A DNA stretch of 64,000 bases from an uncultured Gammaproteobacteria bacterium (GCA_963753755.1 CAVWDM010000019.1:210282-274281); one strand, 5' to 3'; shown: positions 1 to 8,615, numbered from the stretch's first letter. Numbers and translations are program-made. Notes: generated from the letters alone by a model not told the origin.

Positions 1-725
1 AACCCTTCGACGTCGTCGATGGAACGCGCGTAGAGCCGGAACCCCGGATAACTGCGTTCGGTCTCTGCCGGTGTACCGCTCCAGTCGAGTTCAGGCACTG
101 CCCGCCCGTCACGAAAATCCTCCAGTGCCTCGAGCAACTGCACCGAGACAAAGGCACCATCACGTGAGAAGGCCCGTCCCGGGGCAACTGCCGCAACAGT
201 CAAATCCAGGTGTACGCGTTCCTGCGCACCGCGATAGCGCCGGGCCAGGCTGCCGTCAATCAGGTCTCCGGCACTGACAGCCAGTTTTTCAGCCGTGCTA
301 CGCGACAGCACCACATGGCTGAGGCCCTCCGCCAGTGACGCGTCCTGGTCGAGCAGCGGGTCGCCTGCAGCAGACGCGATCAGCTCGACGGGTACAATGC
401 GGGATGCATGCGTGCTGGATAACTCGATGGTTGCTGCAATGCTGCGGGTGCGTGGCACCAGGAAAGCGACATCCGGTCGCCCGCGTACACTCTGCAGCCA
501 GGCCTGGTCGAAACGGCCGCTGCCGATGGGACGGATTTCGCGGTTGCTGGGGTCCTCGATAAGTTGTTCCATCATGGCGCCGACAATGCCGAACTTGAGC
601 CCGAAGAGTACCATCATGGGGCCGAGCACTGCTGCCAGCCCAAGCATGAAGCATACAGACATCTGCCATTCGTGGAGGTAGTCGTGGGTCGCGAGGCGAT
701 ACACTTTAAACAGGCTTTTGAACAT
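1..725 (-). CDS. ABC transporter permease, MacB/FtsX type (5' part only; gene runs off the left edge)
   Basis: Absent from the ORF track because it is open at the window edge. Hand translation from ATG 725-723 gives MFKSLFKVYRLATHDYLHEWQMSVCFMLGLAAVLGPMMVLFGLKFGIVGAMMEQLIEDPSNREIRPIG...: one N-terminal TM helix, then a large soluble domain, open to base 1. There is a 3-nt gap after the ATPase stop. Confidence 0.7.
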   Translation of the reverse strand, partial: MFKSLFKVYRLATHDYLHEWQMSVCFMLGLAAVLGPMMVLFGLKFGIVGAMMEQLIEDPSNREIRPIGSGRFDQAWLQSVRGRPDVAFLVPRTRSIAATIELSSTHASRIVPVELIASAAGDPLLDQDASLAEGLSHVVLSRSTAEKLAVSAGDLIDGSLARRYRGAQERVHLDLTVAAVAPGRAFSRDGAFVSVQLLEALEDFRDGRAVPELDWSGTPAETERSYPGFRLYARSIDDVEG

Positions 726-728
726 GGC

Positions 729-1511
729 TCAGCCGTGTACCACGGTTTCGGTCAGTTTGCGGTCCTGTGAGTGCGTGGTTCTGTGGGACAGTCGACGCAA
801 ACCCAGTTCCTTGATATGGCGCCAGGCATGAGTGGCCAGGATCACCGTGCTGTTGAATTCTTCGGCCAGCGCGAGAAACAGTGCCATGACATTCTCCGCC
901 GCATAGGGGTCCAGTGAAGCGGTGGGTTCATCAGCAATCACAATCGCGGGTCGGTGGGCCAGTGCGCGACCGATGGCCACACGTTGCCGTTCGCCTGTGG
1001 AGAGGGCATCCGGTCGCTTCTTCAGCTGGTTGGCGATGCCAAGCATCTCGGCGAGATGCTCGATCGTTCCGTCACGCGCGAGGCCGGCGACGCTGCGGGA
1101 AAGGTTGATATTGTCATACACCGTCAGGTATGGCAGCAGACCACCGGTCTGCATGACATAGCCGATATGCCGCTTGCGCATATCGCCAAGGGTGTTGAGG
1201 TTGTCAGCCTGCCAGCAGGCATCCACGTCGCTGGGTTCGCCGTCGTCATCGGGACGAAAACGGAAGGAGCCGGCAGTTGAGGGTTGCAGGATGAAAGCGA
1301 GCATATCCAGCAGCGTCGACTTGCCGCTGCCCGATTCACCTATGACGGCGATCTTGTCGCCACGGTTGATGTGTAGGTGAGGAACCCTGAGACGGAAGGC
1401 CACACCTTTTGCTTCACGGTTCTTGACCACGTCACGTAGCAGGTAGATGGTGGATGGTCGTGATTCGGCCGTCTCCTGGGATTCGCTATTTACCTCTTGC
1501 ATGGCATTCAC
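729..1511 (-). CDS. ABC transporter ATP-binding protein (MacB/LolD/FtsE-like)
   Basis: Walker A GESGSGKST, signature LSTGERQRV, Walker B IVIADEPT. GTG start at 1511 or ATG at 1502. Confidence 0.9.
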   Translation of the reverse strand: MNAMQEVNSESQETAESRPSTIYLLRDVVKNREAKGVAFRLRVPHLHINRGDKIAVIGESGSGKSTLLDMLAFILQPSTAGSFRFRPDDDGEPSDVDACWQADNLNTLGDMRKRHIGYVMQTGGLLPYLTVYDNINLSRSVAGLARDGTIEHLAEMLGIANQLKKRPDALSTGERQRVAIGRALAHRPAIVIADEPTASLDPYAAENVMALFLALAEEFNSTVILATHAWRHIKELGLRRLSHRTTHSQDRKLTETVVHG

Positions 1512-1516
1512 CGCTA

Positions 1517-3475
1517 TCAGGGCAGCAGGTCCAGCTCGATCGGGTAGACCGAATCGCCGTTGATCGGCCCGCCGCCGAGACTGACCCAGAGGTCGGTGTG
1601 GTCATGCAGCGCCCGATAATAGCTGATCTTTTCCTCGAGTCGATGCAGGAAGGCAATCTGCTGCTGGGTGGACCAGCTCTGCCAGTCATCCAGGGACAGG
1701 CCCATGACTTCACCCGTGTAGGGCAGATCCTCGATGTATTCGCGCATAAAACCCATATCCGCGAGGCTGTTGCCGCTACCTGCAGTGGTCGTCGTGGTGG
1801 TGCCCAGCAGCTCGGGGTCACGTGTTGCCGTTGCCGCGACACTCTGCAATTCGCTGAGGAAACTCTGCGGTGACAGCAGGCCGTCTTCCGCTGCTTCCAG
1901 CACCTGCGTGAGTACGTCACTCAGATCCGATAGCTGGTCGCGGGTAAGCAATACCCTGACATCCAGAGTGCTGCGTGCGGGATCGCGGAAATCGCGGTCC
2001 AGAAGCCAGGCATCGAACACATTGGGCACTTCGTCATCAGTGTTTTTCTGCAGGTAGCGCATGCGCAGGGCATAGCCGAGCTTCGCCACCCGGGCTTGCA
2101 GTGCAGCCAGCTGTGCGTCGTCACTTGCCGGTACCGGTGCCGGCACCTGCTTGTTCGTGGCAGCCATTTGCACTTGCCCGGTGATCTGGCCGGCCAGTGC
2201 ATCCAGCACCTTGCCAAACTCCTGGACATTGCCGGTGGGTACGCCATAGTAGAGACTGCCGATACCGGGGAATTCTGCCAGCTGGCGATACTGATCGGCA
2301 TCTGCGACCTGATCTGGCATGGTGGCCGTCGTCAGCAAGTGCAATACAAAAACGGCGATGCCTTTCTGCTGGGCCATTTGTTGCAGATCCCTGGCACTCA
2401 GGCCGGTGCTGGACAGCGGGTCATCGGCATCGCGCGCACCGGCATCCGTCACCAGCACGATATAGCGTGCGTCGATGCCCGACCAGCTGATTGTCTCGAT
2501 TGCCTGCTTCACACCGGCATAGGCATCCTCGGTAAAGTCCCGGCTTGAGACGCTGGCGTCACGCAGCGATTTCAGGCTTGAGAGAAAACCCGCTGCATCA
2601 CGACCCTCATCAAGGTCGACATAAGTACGCACCAGATAGTCCAGTCCGGGTGCGGCAGACAGGTTATCGCGATAGGCCACCAGGCCGAAACTTACCTGCC
2701 CTGGCAGGTCGGCTTCCCCCAGGGTATTGAAAATCGTGGTCACGGCTTCACGTGTGCGCTCGATGTAGGGTTGCATCGACAGGGTGGAGTCGATGACGAA
2801 CACCAGGCCAGCGGTGTAGCCACCCTTGCCGGTGCCTGCCCGGGTCGCGCTGGTCGTCGTGCTGTCCAGGGGAACGCTCGATACCTGCAGCATGCGTGCT
2901 TTCTCGCTTCCCAGGTAGACATCCTCATAGCGGTGAATTGGCACGAGGTAGAAATCCTCGCGAATGTCGATGTAGCCGGGTGGCTGGATAGCGACCACTG
3001 GCGAGTCCGCGGATGCTTGTCCCTGCGTTGCTTCCCGATAGAGCTGTTGATACGTCTTCAGACCGGATTGTCCGGCAAGCTGGCGCAGGGAGTCACTGTC
3101 CTCGAACAGCAGTACCCGGTCATGTCCCGTGGGATCGCGAAAGGCAGCTGTCAGTCCATGGTTCCACTCTATGCACTCGGGTCCGGGCAACCAACCTGTG
3201 CGGTTGCCGAAACGGTCGGTGCCTACCTCGATCCACTGCTTGCCAGCCGTTTCAGTGCGCGCATACACGTAAAAGGCGGTAAACGGCACCACCTCCGCGC
3301 CCGGCTTGCCCCCCGGCTCGCTGGCGATGCGGGCACCGGGTACGGATAACACCCGCTGGTAAAGGCTGTGTTTGCCTGCCATCAGCAACGGTCGGTCATT
3401 GCCAGCAACTGGAGCGGTGGTCATTCCGGGTAGTGGCGTAATGGCAATGACGAGCGCAAGTAAGAGTTTCTTCAT
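1517..3475 (-). CDS. Secreted SH3b-like + von Willebrand factor A (vWA) domain protein
   Basis: Signal peptide MKKLLLALVIAITPLPG with a GGGAGA RBS before the ATG at 3475. MIDAS-like DxSxS (VFVIDSTLSM) plus LVTDAG. N-terminal SH3b-like segment (WIEVGTDRFGNRTGWLP). Long helical C-terminal region. Confidence 0.8.
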   Translation of the reverse strand: MKKLLLALVIAITPLPGMTTAPVAGNDRPLLMAGKHSLYQRVLSVPGARIASEPGGKPGAEVVPFTAFYVYARTETAGKQWIEVGTDRFGNRTGWLPGPECIEWNHGLTAAFRDPTGHDRVLLFEDSDSLRQLAGQSGLKTYQQLYREATQGQASADSPVVAIQPPGYIDIREDFYLVPIHRYEDVYLGSEKARMLQVSSVPLDSTTTSATRAGTGKGGYTAGLVFVIDSTLSMQPYIERTREAVTTIFNTLGEADLPGQVSFGLVAYRDNLSAAPGLDYLVRTYVDLDEGRDAAGFLSSLKSLRDASVSSRDFTEDAYAGVKQAIETISWSGIDARYIVLVTDAGARDADDPLSSTGLSARDLQQMAQQKGIAVFVLHLLTTATMPDQVADADQYRQLAEFPGIGSLYYGVPTGNVQEFGKVLDALAGQITGQVQMAATNKQVPAPVPASDDAQLAALQARVAKLGYALRMRYLQKNTDDEVPNVFDAWLLDRDFRDPARSTLDVRVLLTRDQLSDLSDVLTQVLEAAEDGLLSPQSFLSELQSVAATATRDPELLGTTTTTTAGSGNSLADMGFMREYIEDLPYTGEVMGLSLDDWQSWSTQQQIAFLHRLEEKISYYRALHDHTDLWVSLGGGPINGDSVYPIELDLLP

Positions 3476-3495
3476 GTTTACGATCTCCCGGAAAA

Positions 3496-4215
3496 TTATT
3501 GCCACTGCAGCAACAGGCGCCGGGCCTGCTCGTCTCCGGCTGCGGCGTCCTGCTGTACGCGCTTGTGCAGCGCCTGCAGGCGTTGTGTAGCCTCCTCGTT
3601 ACCGGCTGTCGCTGCCACGCTATACCACTTGTACGCCTGGGCAGGTTCTGCTTCAGGTAAATAACTGCCGGCGGCCGCGTGGTAGGTTGGATCGGCCTGG
3701 GTGCCGAGGATCAGGGCCGCCTGTGCCTGGCCGTGGCGCGCTGCGAAGCGGTACAGCAGGTAGGCGTCCAGCAGATTTCCCTTCTTCTGCATACGCTCTG
3801 CCTCTGCGAAAACAACATCTACATCCGGCTGGGCGCCGTCGGCGCGTAATTTATAAATGAAGGCCCGCGCCCTGTCGCCGCCGTTTGTGACGGTGGCAAT
3901 TCCGCCGGGTGGCGGCGGCAGTGAGAGCGACTCGGAGGTCATCGCTGCTGATGCCGGTTCCTGTACCCCGGATGCTTCTCCGATCGGTGGCTGTGCCGGC
4001 GACCCGGTTGCTTCACCGGCAGGCGGCAGTGTCAGTTCCTCGAATGACTCCGGCGCAGACGGCATGGAAGGCAGTGACGGTGGCGCCTGTTTTTTGTCGA
4101 CCGGCACCAGCCAAATGGCAATGGCAGTTATAATTGCAACTAGCACCATCAGCCCCTTGGTACGGCCGGGAGTCCATTTACCGCTGTGATATGAATTTTT
4201 GTATTCGTTTGCCAT
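3496..4215 (-). CDS. Membrane-anchored Sel1/TPR-like repeat protein
   Basis: One TM helix (GLMVLVAIITAIAIWLV), a Pro-rich linker, and Sel1-like repeats (AYLLYRFAARHGQAQAALILG; AYKWYSVAATAGNEEATQRL). It is the first gene of the operon. Confidence 0.65.
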   Translation of the reverse strand: MANEYKNSYHSGKWTPGRTKGLMVLVAIITAIAIWLVPVDKKQAPPSLPSMPSAPESFEELTLPPAGEATGSPAQPPIGEASGVQEPASAAMTSESLSLPPPPGGIATVTNGGDRARAFIYKLRADGAQPDVDVVFAEAERMQKKGNLLDAYLLYRFAARHGQAQAALILGTQADPTYHAAAGSYLPEAEPAQAYKWYSVAATAGNEEATQRLQALHKRVQQDAAAGDEQARRLLLQWQ

Positions 4216-4940
4216 GCAACACCTGTGTCTCGATTTCGCTTCGCTGGGGCGGCATTATGGCGAATCTCTGGCCCGGTTAAAACCTCACCGACACTCTTAT
4301 CTGAAAGCCCTTGCAAAACAACGTGCCCGGGGTGGTCGTGTGCCCCGCAAACGAGGATTCAGGGTGAGAATCCTGCCCGTTGGTACTGCTGATACCATCG
4401 GAAGGTGCAGTCTACTAGAGTTTACGTGCAGTGAGATCATTGCGTTTCGATCCACGATGCGAGCCAGGTGCAGCCGGTCGGCGGTGCTTGCTGCTTGGTG
4501 ACGGCCAGGACAAACCGTGCAGGAGACGATCGGGCCGATACCCCTGCGGCGCCTCCGCAACTGGCATGGCGTGCGGTATCGCTGAAATCCGCTGCGGTGC
4601 GCATCCCGTTTGCCTGTTTTACGCCTGCCAGCAATGCGGTTGGCAGAGCGAAGTCCTCCGCTAACGCTCAACACGTACGCCGCCACGTCGAGACTCGTCG
4701 ATTGCTAGTTGTACCACGAGCCGATATCGAGGCGACTCTCGATGAGAGGGGTGAACCAGATCCAGCCGAACAGACCAGGTAACGAAATCATTTCCGCTTC
4801 ACTATGAGTAAGTATTACTACTGATGACTGCGAAGTGTTTATTGGTGTAGTTTTCGTCGCGATGAAAAAGATATCAACGACGGGACTGATATGAGCCTGG
4901 CGTAATGTTGATGTGAATACATGCACACGGAGACCATACT

Positions 4941-5207
4941 ATGGAAAATGCAATGCAACAGATGCCTGTTGATGCAAAAAATGCCGTAGAAGTTGTTGTA
5001 TACATCAAAGCAGACCTTGGAGACGAACAACGTGATCTCGTTGTGTCCGCATTGGAAAAGACAGATGGCATTATCGGGGCAGAATTCTGTCAATTGCGTA
5101 ACCATCTTTTACTGGCGAAATATAACAAGGATATTTTTTCCTCACAGGATGTATTGAAGAGTTTCAAATCATTAAAACTGGAAGCCAGGCTGATCGGTCC
5201 GATTTAG
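4941..5207 (+). CDS. Small conserved hypothetical protein, paralogue A1 (88 aa, predicted beta-alpha-beta-beta-alpha-beta pattern)
   Basis: GGAGA RBS 8 nt upstream. 37/88 identical positions in a gapless hand alignment with 6453..6719. Shared EFCxLRxHL and ARLIGP(I/V) C-terminus. Confidence 0.6.
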   Translation: MENAMQQMPVDAKNAVEVVVYIKADLGDEQRDLVVSALEKTDGIIGAEFCQLRNHLLLAKYNKDIFSSQDVLKSFKSLKLEARLIGPI

Positions 5208-5227
5208 TTTCAAGGGGGTGGGGGCGA

Positions 5228-5275
5228 TGACTGCCGCAACAGGCACTGACAGTTGCGGCAGTCAGTTTGTATTCG
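5228..5275 (+). terminator. Rho-independent terminator after A1
   Basis: 13-bp perfect stem tgactgccgcaac / gttgcggcagtca (5228-5240 / 5252-5264), followed by the T-rich gtttgtattcgtt. Confidence 0.55.
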
Positions 5276-5302
5276 TTGTGAATTTGAAAACAAGGGGGAG
5301 CA

Positions 5303-5488
5303 GTGGCAGAAAGAAGAAAAGTAAAACGCCGACGTTACAAGGCACACACATATTTTCCTGCTATCAGTCACCAGGGCGACTTCATTATGTCAGAACGTCG
5401 ACATCTCCCCACCAGGCGTGTCTATGATGTTTTTGTTGATGATGTTGATTTGCCTACCATGTTCCTTGATGTCAAGGATCAGGTTTGA
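5303..5488 (+). CDS. Small Arg-rich hypothetical protein, paralogue B1 (61 aa)
   Basis: GTG start with an AAGGGGGAG RBS. Shares the motif FP-x11-[DE]RRxLPxRR, preceded by a basic stretch, with 5632..5817. Confidence 0.45.
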   Translation: MAERRKVKRRRYKAHTYFPAISHQGDFIMSERRHLPTRRVYDVFVDDVDLPTMFLDVKDQV

Positions 5489-5631
5489 TGTCGGCTATTA
5501 TCCGCAGATGTAATCAGGGTTGCTTTATCGAGGATTTGTAGCCACCACAAACAACTGCAGCGACGCGAAAAAACGCTGACCGCTGCGAGTATTTAGGCGA
5601 GGTATCCAGACATATCGTGGCAGTTGTCTGG

Positions 5632-5817
5632 TTAGTCATGTCCCATTTGAGAGGGTGTCGACGTCAGGTCGTCAATGCCATGCGTTGCCTTGCGTCGATC
5701 AGGCAGTCTTCTCCTATCCTGGATGACCAGGAGTTCCTGGCTATCAGTTAACGGAAATTCAACCGGCAGTTTCCAGCGGCGGCTGCCTTTCTTCCTTGCG
5801 ACAGGTTCCGGAATCAT
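5632..5817 (-). CDS. Small Arg-rich hypothetical protein, paralogue B2 (61 aa)
   Basis: Same length and same FP-x11-DRRRLPDRR motif as B1, and convergent with it. The RBS is weak. Confidence 0.45.
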   Translation of the reverse strand: MIPEPVARKKGSRRWKLPVEFPLTDSQELLVIQDRRRLPDRRKATHGIDDLTSTPSQMGHD

Positions 5818-5858
5818 CCAGATTTACTCGATGATCGTCTGTCGATATATTCTGCCAG

Positions 5859-6167
5859 TCAAGTAATGGACAGATAAAAGACAAGCATACATAACGTAAT
5901 ACCAATGCCAATGACACCCATGATGATGGTGCTTGCATGATTGTTGTGCCAGCCCCGGACGATCCAGTAACTTTCCAGACCGATAATTCCAGCCGCTGCA
6001 CCATATGCAATAAAAAGTGCCTTGGGTTCAATATTCGCAGACATGATAAAAACAACATAAAAGACAAATGCAACCCCGACAGGGGTTAGTGAAAATATCC
6101 AGTCGTGTATCTCTCCAGGCCCTCTGTGAGTCGTTAACAGCTTGTTAACCTTGTTTGCATCTCCCAT
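5859..6167 (-). CDS. Small integral membrane protein (about 3 TM, 102 aa)
   Basis: Internal ATG of ORF 5859..6425, preceded by the RBS GGGAGGGAAG. Hydrophobic segments WIFSLTPVGVAFVFYVVFIM, ALFIAYGAAAGIIGL and IIMGVIGIGITLCMLVFYL. Confidence 0.6.
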   Translation of the reverse strand: MGDANKVNKLLTTHRGPGEIHDWIFSLTPVGVAFVFYVVFIMSANIEPKALFIAYGAAAGIIGLESYWIVRGWHNNHASTIIMGVIGIGITLCMLVFYLSIT

Positions 6168-6202
6168 TGTCTTCCCTCCCTGAAAATCTGAACATGTGAG
6201 TG

Positions 6203-6214
6203 ATTGCCGGCAAT
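6203..6214. promoter_or_regulatory. Perfect 12-bp palindrome attgccggcaat upstream of the membrane-protein gene
   Basis: Read directly from the sequence. It lies 36-47 nt upstream of the ATG at 6167. Operator function is speculative. Confidence 0.25.
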
Positions 6215-6452
6215 GTATTCCAATGAGGGCACAGAGTATTTGCGCAAGTGACCAGGTCCGTACCCTATGACGCGTCGCTGGATCCAGTGTGCGACGTGTT
6301 CTACCTGTACCCGGCAAGAGAAGCAGCATGCCTGTTATATCTCGTCTGGATCTCGCCATAAAGCAACTGGCAATGTGCCTGCCGATAATCCCGTCGCCGG
6401 TATGAACGAGCGGGGGACAGATCATTGAGTCACGAGTGTTTCTGTTGTTGTT

Positions 6453-6719
6453 TTATACAGGTCCAATTAACCTGGCATCCAGATTTTGTTTTTTAACACG
6501 GTCTAGTACATCTTGTGAGGTGTACGAATCCCTGTCGTATCTGATAAGCATCAGGTGATAACGCAACGGACAGAATTCGACAGCATCGATGCCAGTATGT
6601 TCTTGCAGTGCGGCAACCAGTTCTTGTCTCTGTTTCTCTCCCAGATGCTCGGTTAGGTGCACAATGATTTCGACACTATGGTCAGGTCGGGCCTCAACGC
6701 CATGTAATGCTTGTACCAT
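6453..6719 (-). CDS. Small conserved hypothetical protein, paralogue A2 (88 aa)
   Basis: ATG at 6719 preceded by the RBS GGGGGAG. Paralogue of 4941..5207. Confidence 0.6.
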   Translation of the reverse strand: MVQALHGVEARPDHSVEIIVHLTEHLGEKQRQELVAALQEHTGIDAVEFCPLRYHLMLIRYDRDSYTSQDVLDRVKKQNLDARLIGPV

Positions 6720-7011
6720 GATCACTCCCCCGTTATGTATAGACATCACGATCGACTCATAGAGTCTCATGTCGCTTCTTGTTGGTGACGTGAACTACGA
6801 ATCCGATAGAGGGTTAAAATGCGGTCGTCATTTCGACCATTGCACTGGAGTCTAGTAAAGGCGAACGGTGGTCGCTAGTGTGGAAAACACTTATTCATCA
6901 CATGAGAAATTTCTAATTCGCTGAATCGTAATCAGGCTCAAGTACAGTCGACGGCGAAGGCGTGTGATCCGTGTAAGCACACACGGGCGCTTTTTGTATA
7001 TGCAATGACGT

Positions 7012-7037
7012 TCTACCGGGGCTTGCGCCCCGGTAGA
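7012..7037 (-). terminator. Strong hairpin 10 nt after the arylsulfatase stop
   Basis: 11-bp stem tctaccggggc / gccccggtaga with loop ttgc. There is no clear U-tract. Confidence 0.4.
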
Positions 7038-7046
7038 GCTGACCTG

Positions 7047-8615
7047 TTAATTTTGAATCGCTTGATCCAGCAGTTGTTTGAGGTCACCCATGGCTTCTTG
7101 CGCCTTGAGTGTGTTATATCCGATATTGCCGGCGCTCAGAGAACTGCCTGCCTGAAAAGGGTACTCCGGGATAGATGCAAGGAACTTCTGCACAAAGCTC
7201 TGTGCAGGGACCATCATCCACATGTTGTCGGCGTACCATCTGACGTACATCCCTGAGCCTTCGTAGGCATGTTCAAACGGATCGGCCCTCAGGTTGGTAA
7301 TCACCGGCCAGGCAGGCACTTTTCGCAGTGCTTCATTGATTGCACCTTCTTCAATGGCAAACGATACTTTCCAGTCATCGACACGGATCGCATTCAACAT
7401 GCCGCTCGCAGCAAAATACATGATTTCCCTGCGTGGCCCTTTTTCTGTCGCACCCTCGAAATAAGGTTTGAAGTTGTAGCCATCAAGGTGAACCCTGAAG
7501 TTCTTGCCGTTCGCATTGTAACCCTCTTCAGATGCGAGTTTTTCCTTGATATCGGCTACCCCGGCTGCTGCGAGCAGTGTGGGCATCCAGTCTTCCTGGC
7601 TCATAATGTCATTGTAAATGGTTCCGGGCTTGATGGTGCCGGGCCACCTGACCATCTGTGGAACCCGCATGCCGCCTTCCCATGTAGTCCCCTTTTCGCC
7701 ATGGAACGGTGAAGTACCACCGTCGGGCCAGGTAAACTTTTCGGCGCCGTTGTCGGTAGAGAAGACCACGATGGTATTGTCAGCCACGCCCAGTGTTTCC
7801 AAATGGTCCAGGAAACTGCCTACCATGTCATCCAGTTCTTTCATGCCGTCAGGATAGAGACCGATACCGGTCACGCCCCGGTATTTTTTCTGCAGACGTG
7901 TCCAGACATGCATGCGGGTGAAATTCATCCACACAAAGAAAGGCTTGCCGTCTTCGACTGAACGAGCCATAAAATCCTTGGCGGCCTGACCAAACTCGCC
8001 ATCGACCGTCTCCATACGCTCCCTTGTCAATGGGCCGGTATCCTCGATCTTGCCATCAGCGTAAGAGTGAATGACACCGCGAGGGCCGAATTTTTTATGG
8101 AACTCGGGGTCCTTCGGGTAGTAATAGGTTTCCGGCTCTTCCTCGGCGTTGAGGTGATAGAGGTTGCCAAAGAACTCGTCAAATCCATGACTGGTGGGCA
8201 GGTGCTTGTTACGATCACCCAGATGGTTCTTACCGAACTGGCCGGTCGCATAACCCTGCTCATTGAGAAGATCACCGATGGTCGGTGCCCAGTCAGGTAT
8301 GCCATGGTCTGAACCCGGCATGCCTATCGTCAGCAAACCGGTTCTGAACGGCTGTTGACCCAGGATGAAAGAGGCGCGTCCCGCCGTGCAGGATTGCTGC
8401 GCATACATGTCGGTAAACAATGCGCCTGCTTTTGCGATGCTGTCGATGTTGGGTGTTTTATACCCCATCATGCCCTGATTGTAGGCACTGGCATTATAGT
8501 AGCCGACATCATCACCCCACAGGACAAGAATATTGGGCTTCCCGGCTGTCGCGAGGGCGCCGGTCGACAGCAAGCTTGCCGCCAGGGTTACAGTGAGCCG
8601 ATTGAGTAACTTCAT
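7047..8615 (-). CDS. Arylsulfatase (Cys-type, formylglycine-dependent), secreted
   Basis: Signal peptide. NILVLWGDDVG, the formylglycine motif SCTAGRAS (C-x-A-x-R), GKNHLGD, and STDNG...EGG(M)RVP. Confidence 0.92.
   Translation of the reverse strand: MKLLNRLTVTLAASLLSTGALATAGKPNILVLWGDDVGYYNASAYNQGMMGYKTPNIDSIAKAGALFTDMYAQQSCTAGRASFILGQQPFRTGLLTIGMPGSDHGIPDWAPTIGDLLNEQGYATGQFGKNHLGDRNKHLPTSHGFDEFFGNLYHLNAEEEPETYYYPKDPEFHKKFGPRGVIHSYADGKIEDTGPLTRERMETVDGEFGQAAKDFMARSVEDGKPFFVWMNFTRMHVWTRLQKKYRGVTGIGLYPDGMKELDDMVGSFLDHLETLGVADNTIVVFSTDNGAEKFTWPDGGTSPFHGEKGTTWEGGMRVPQMVRWPGTIKPGTIYNDIMSQEDWMPTLLAAAGVADIKEKLASEEGYNANGKNFRVHLDGYNFKPYFEGATEKGPRREIMYFAASGMLNAIRVDDWKVSFAIEEGAINEALRKVPAWPVITNLRADPFEHAYEGSGMYVRWYADNMWMMVPAQSFVQKFLASIPEYPFQAGSSLSAGNIGYNTLKAQEAMGDLKQLLDQAIQN

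Noticed and set aside
4290-4420. Possible riboswitch or SRP/4.5S-like RNA (…tgccccgcaaacg…, …ccatcggaaggtgcag…)
   Set aside because: There are only short resemblances to cobalamin-riboswitch and 4.5S consensus strings. The defining conserved cores (e.g. GGUCCGGAAGGAAGCAGCC) are absent. I kept it only as an unexplained structured spacer.
4705-4926. 73-aa minus-strand ORF (and a 28-aa hydrophobic sub-ORF MISLPGLFGWIWFTPLIESRLDIGSWYN) as a small toxin-like gene
   Set aside because: There is no convincing RBS or promoter, it overlaps the A1 promoter region, and it has no paralogue in the mirrored module. It is too speculative to call.
5303-5817. Arg-rich 61-aa proteins as PilZ (c-di-GMP binding) domains
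   Set aside because: B1 has RRKVKR (RRxxxR-like) and AISHQG (xxSxxG-like). However, the spacing of about 8 residues is far too short, B2 lacks both motifs, and 61 aa cannot form a PilZ barrel.
5859-6425. Full 188-aa version of the membrane-protein ORF
   Set aside because: The first 86 residues are Arg-rich with no RBS. An internal ATG at 6167 has a strong GGGAGGG RBS and yields a compact 3-TM protein.
6961-6996. Plus-strand terminator-like element (cgtgtg…cacacg ggcgc TTTTT), hinting at an sRNA in 6780-7000
   Set aside because: The stem is only 6 bp with a 13-nt loop and a 5-nt spacer before the T-run. There is no convincing promoter and no upstream plus-strand gene. The evidence is insufficient.
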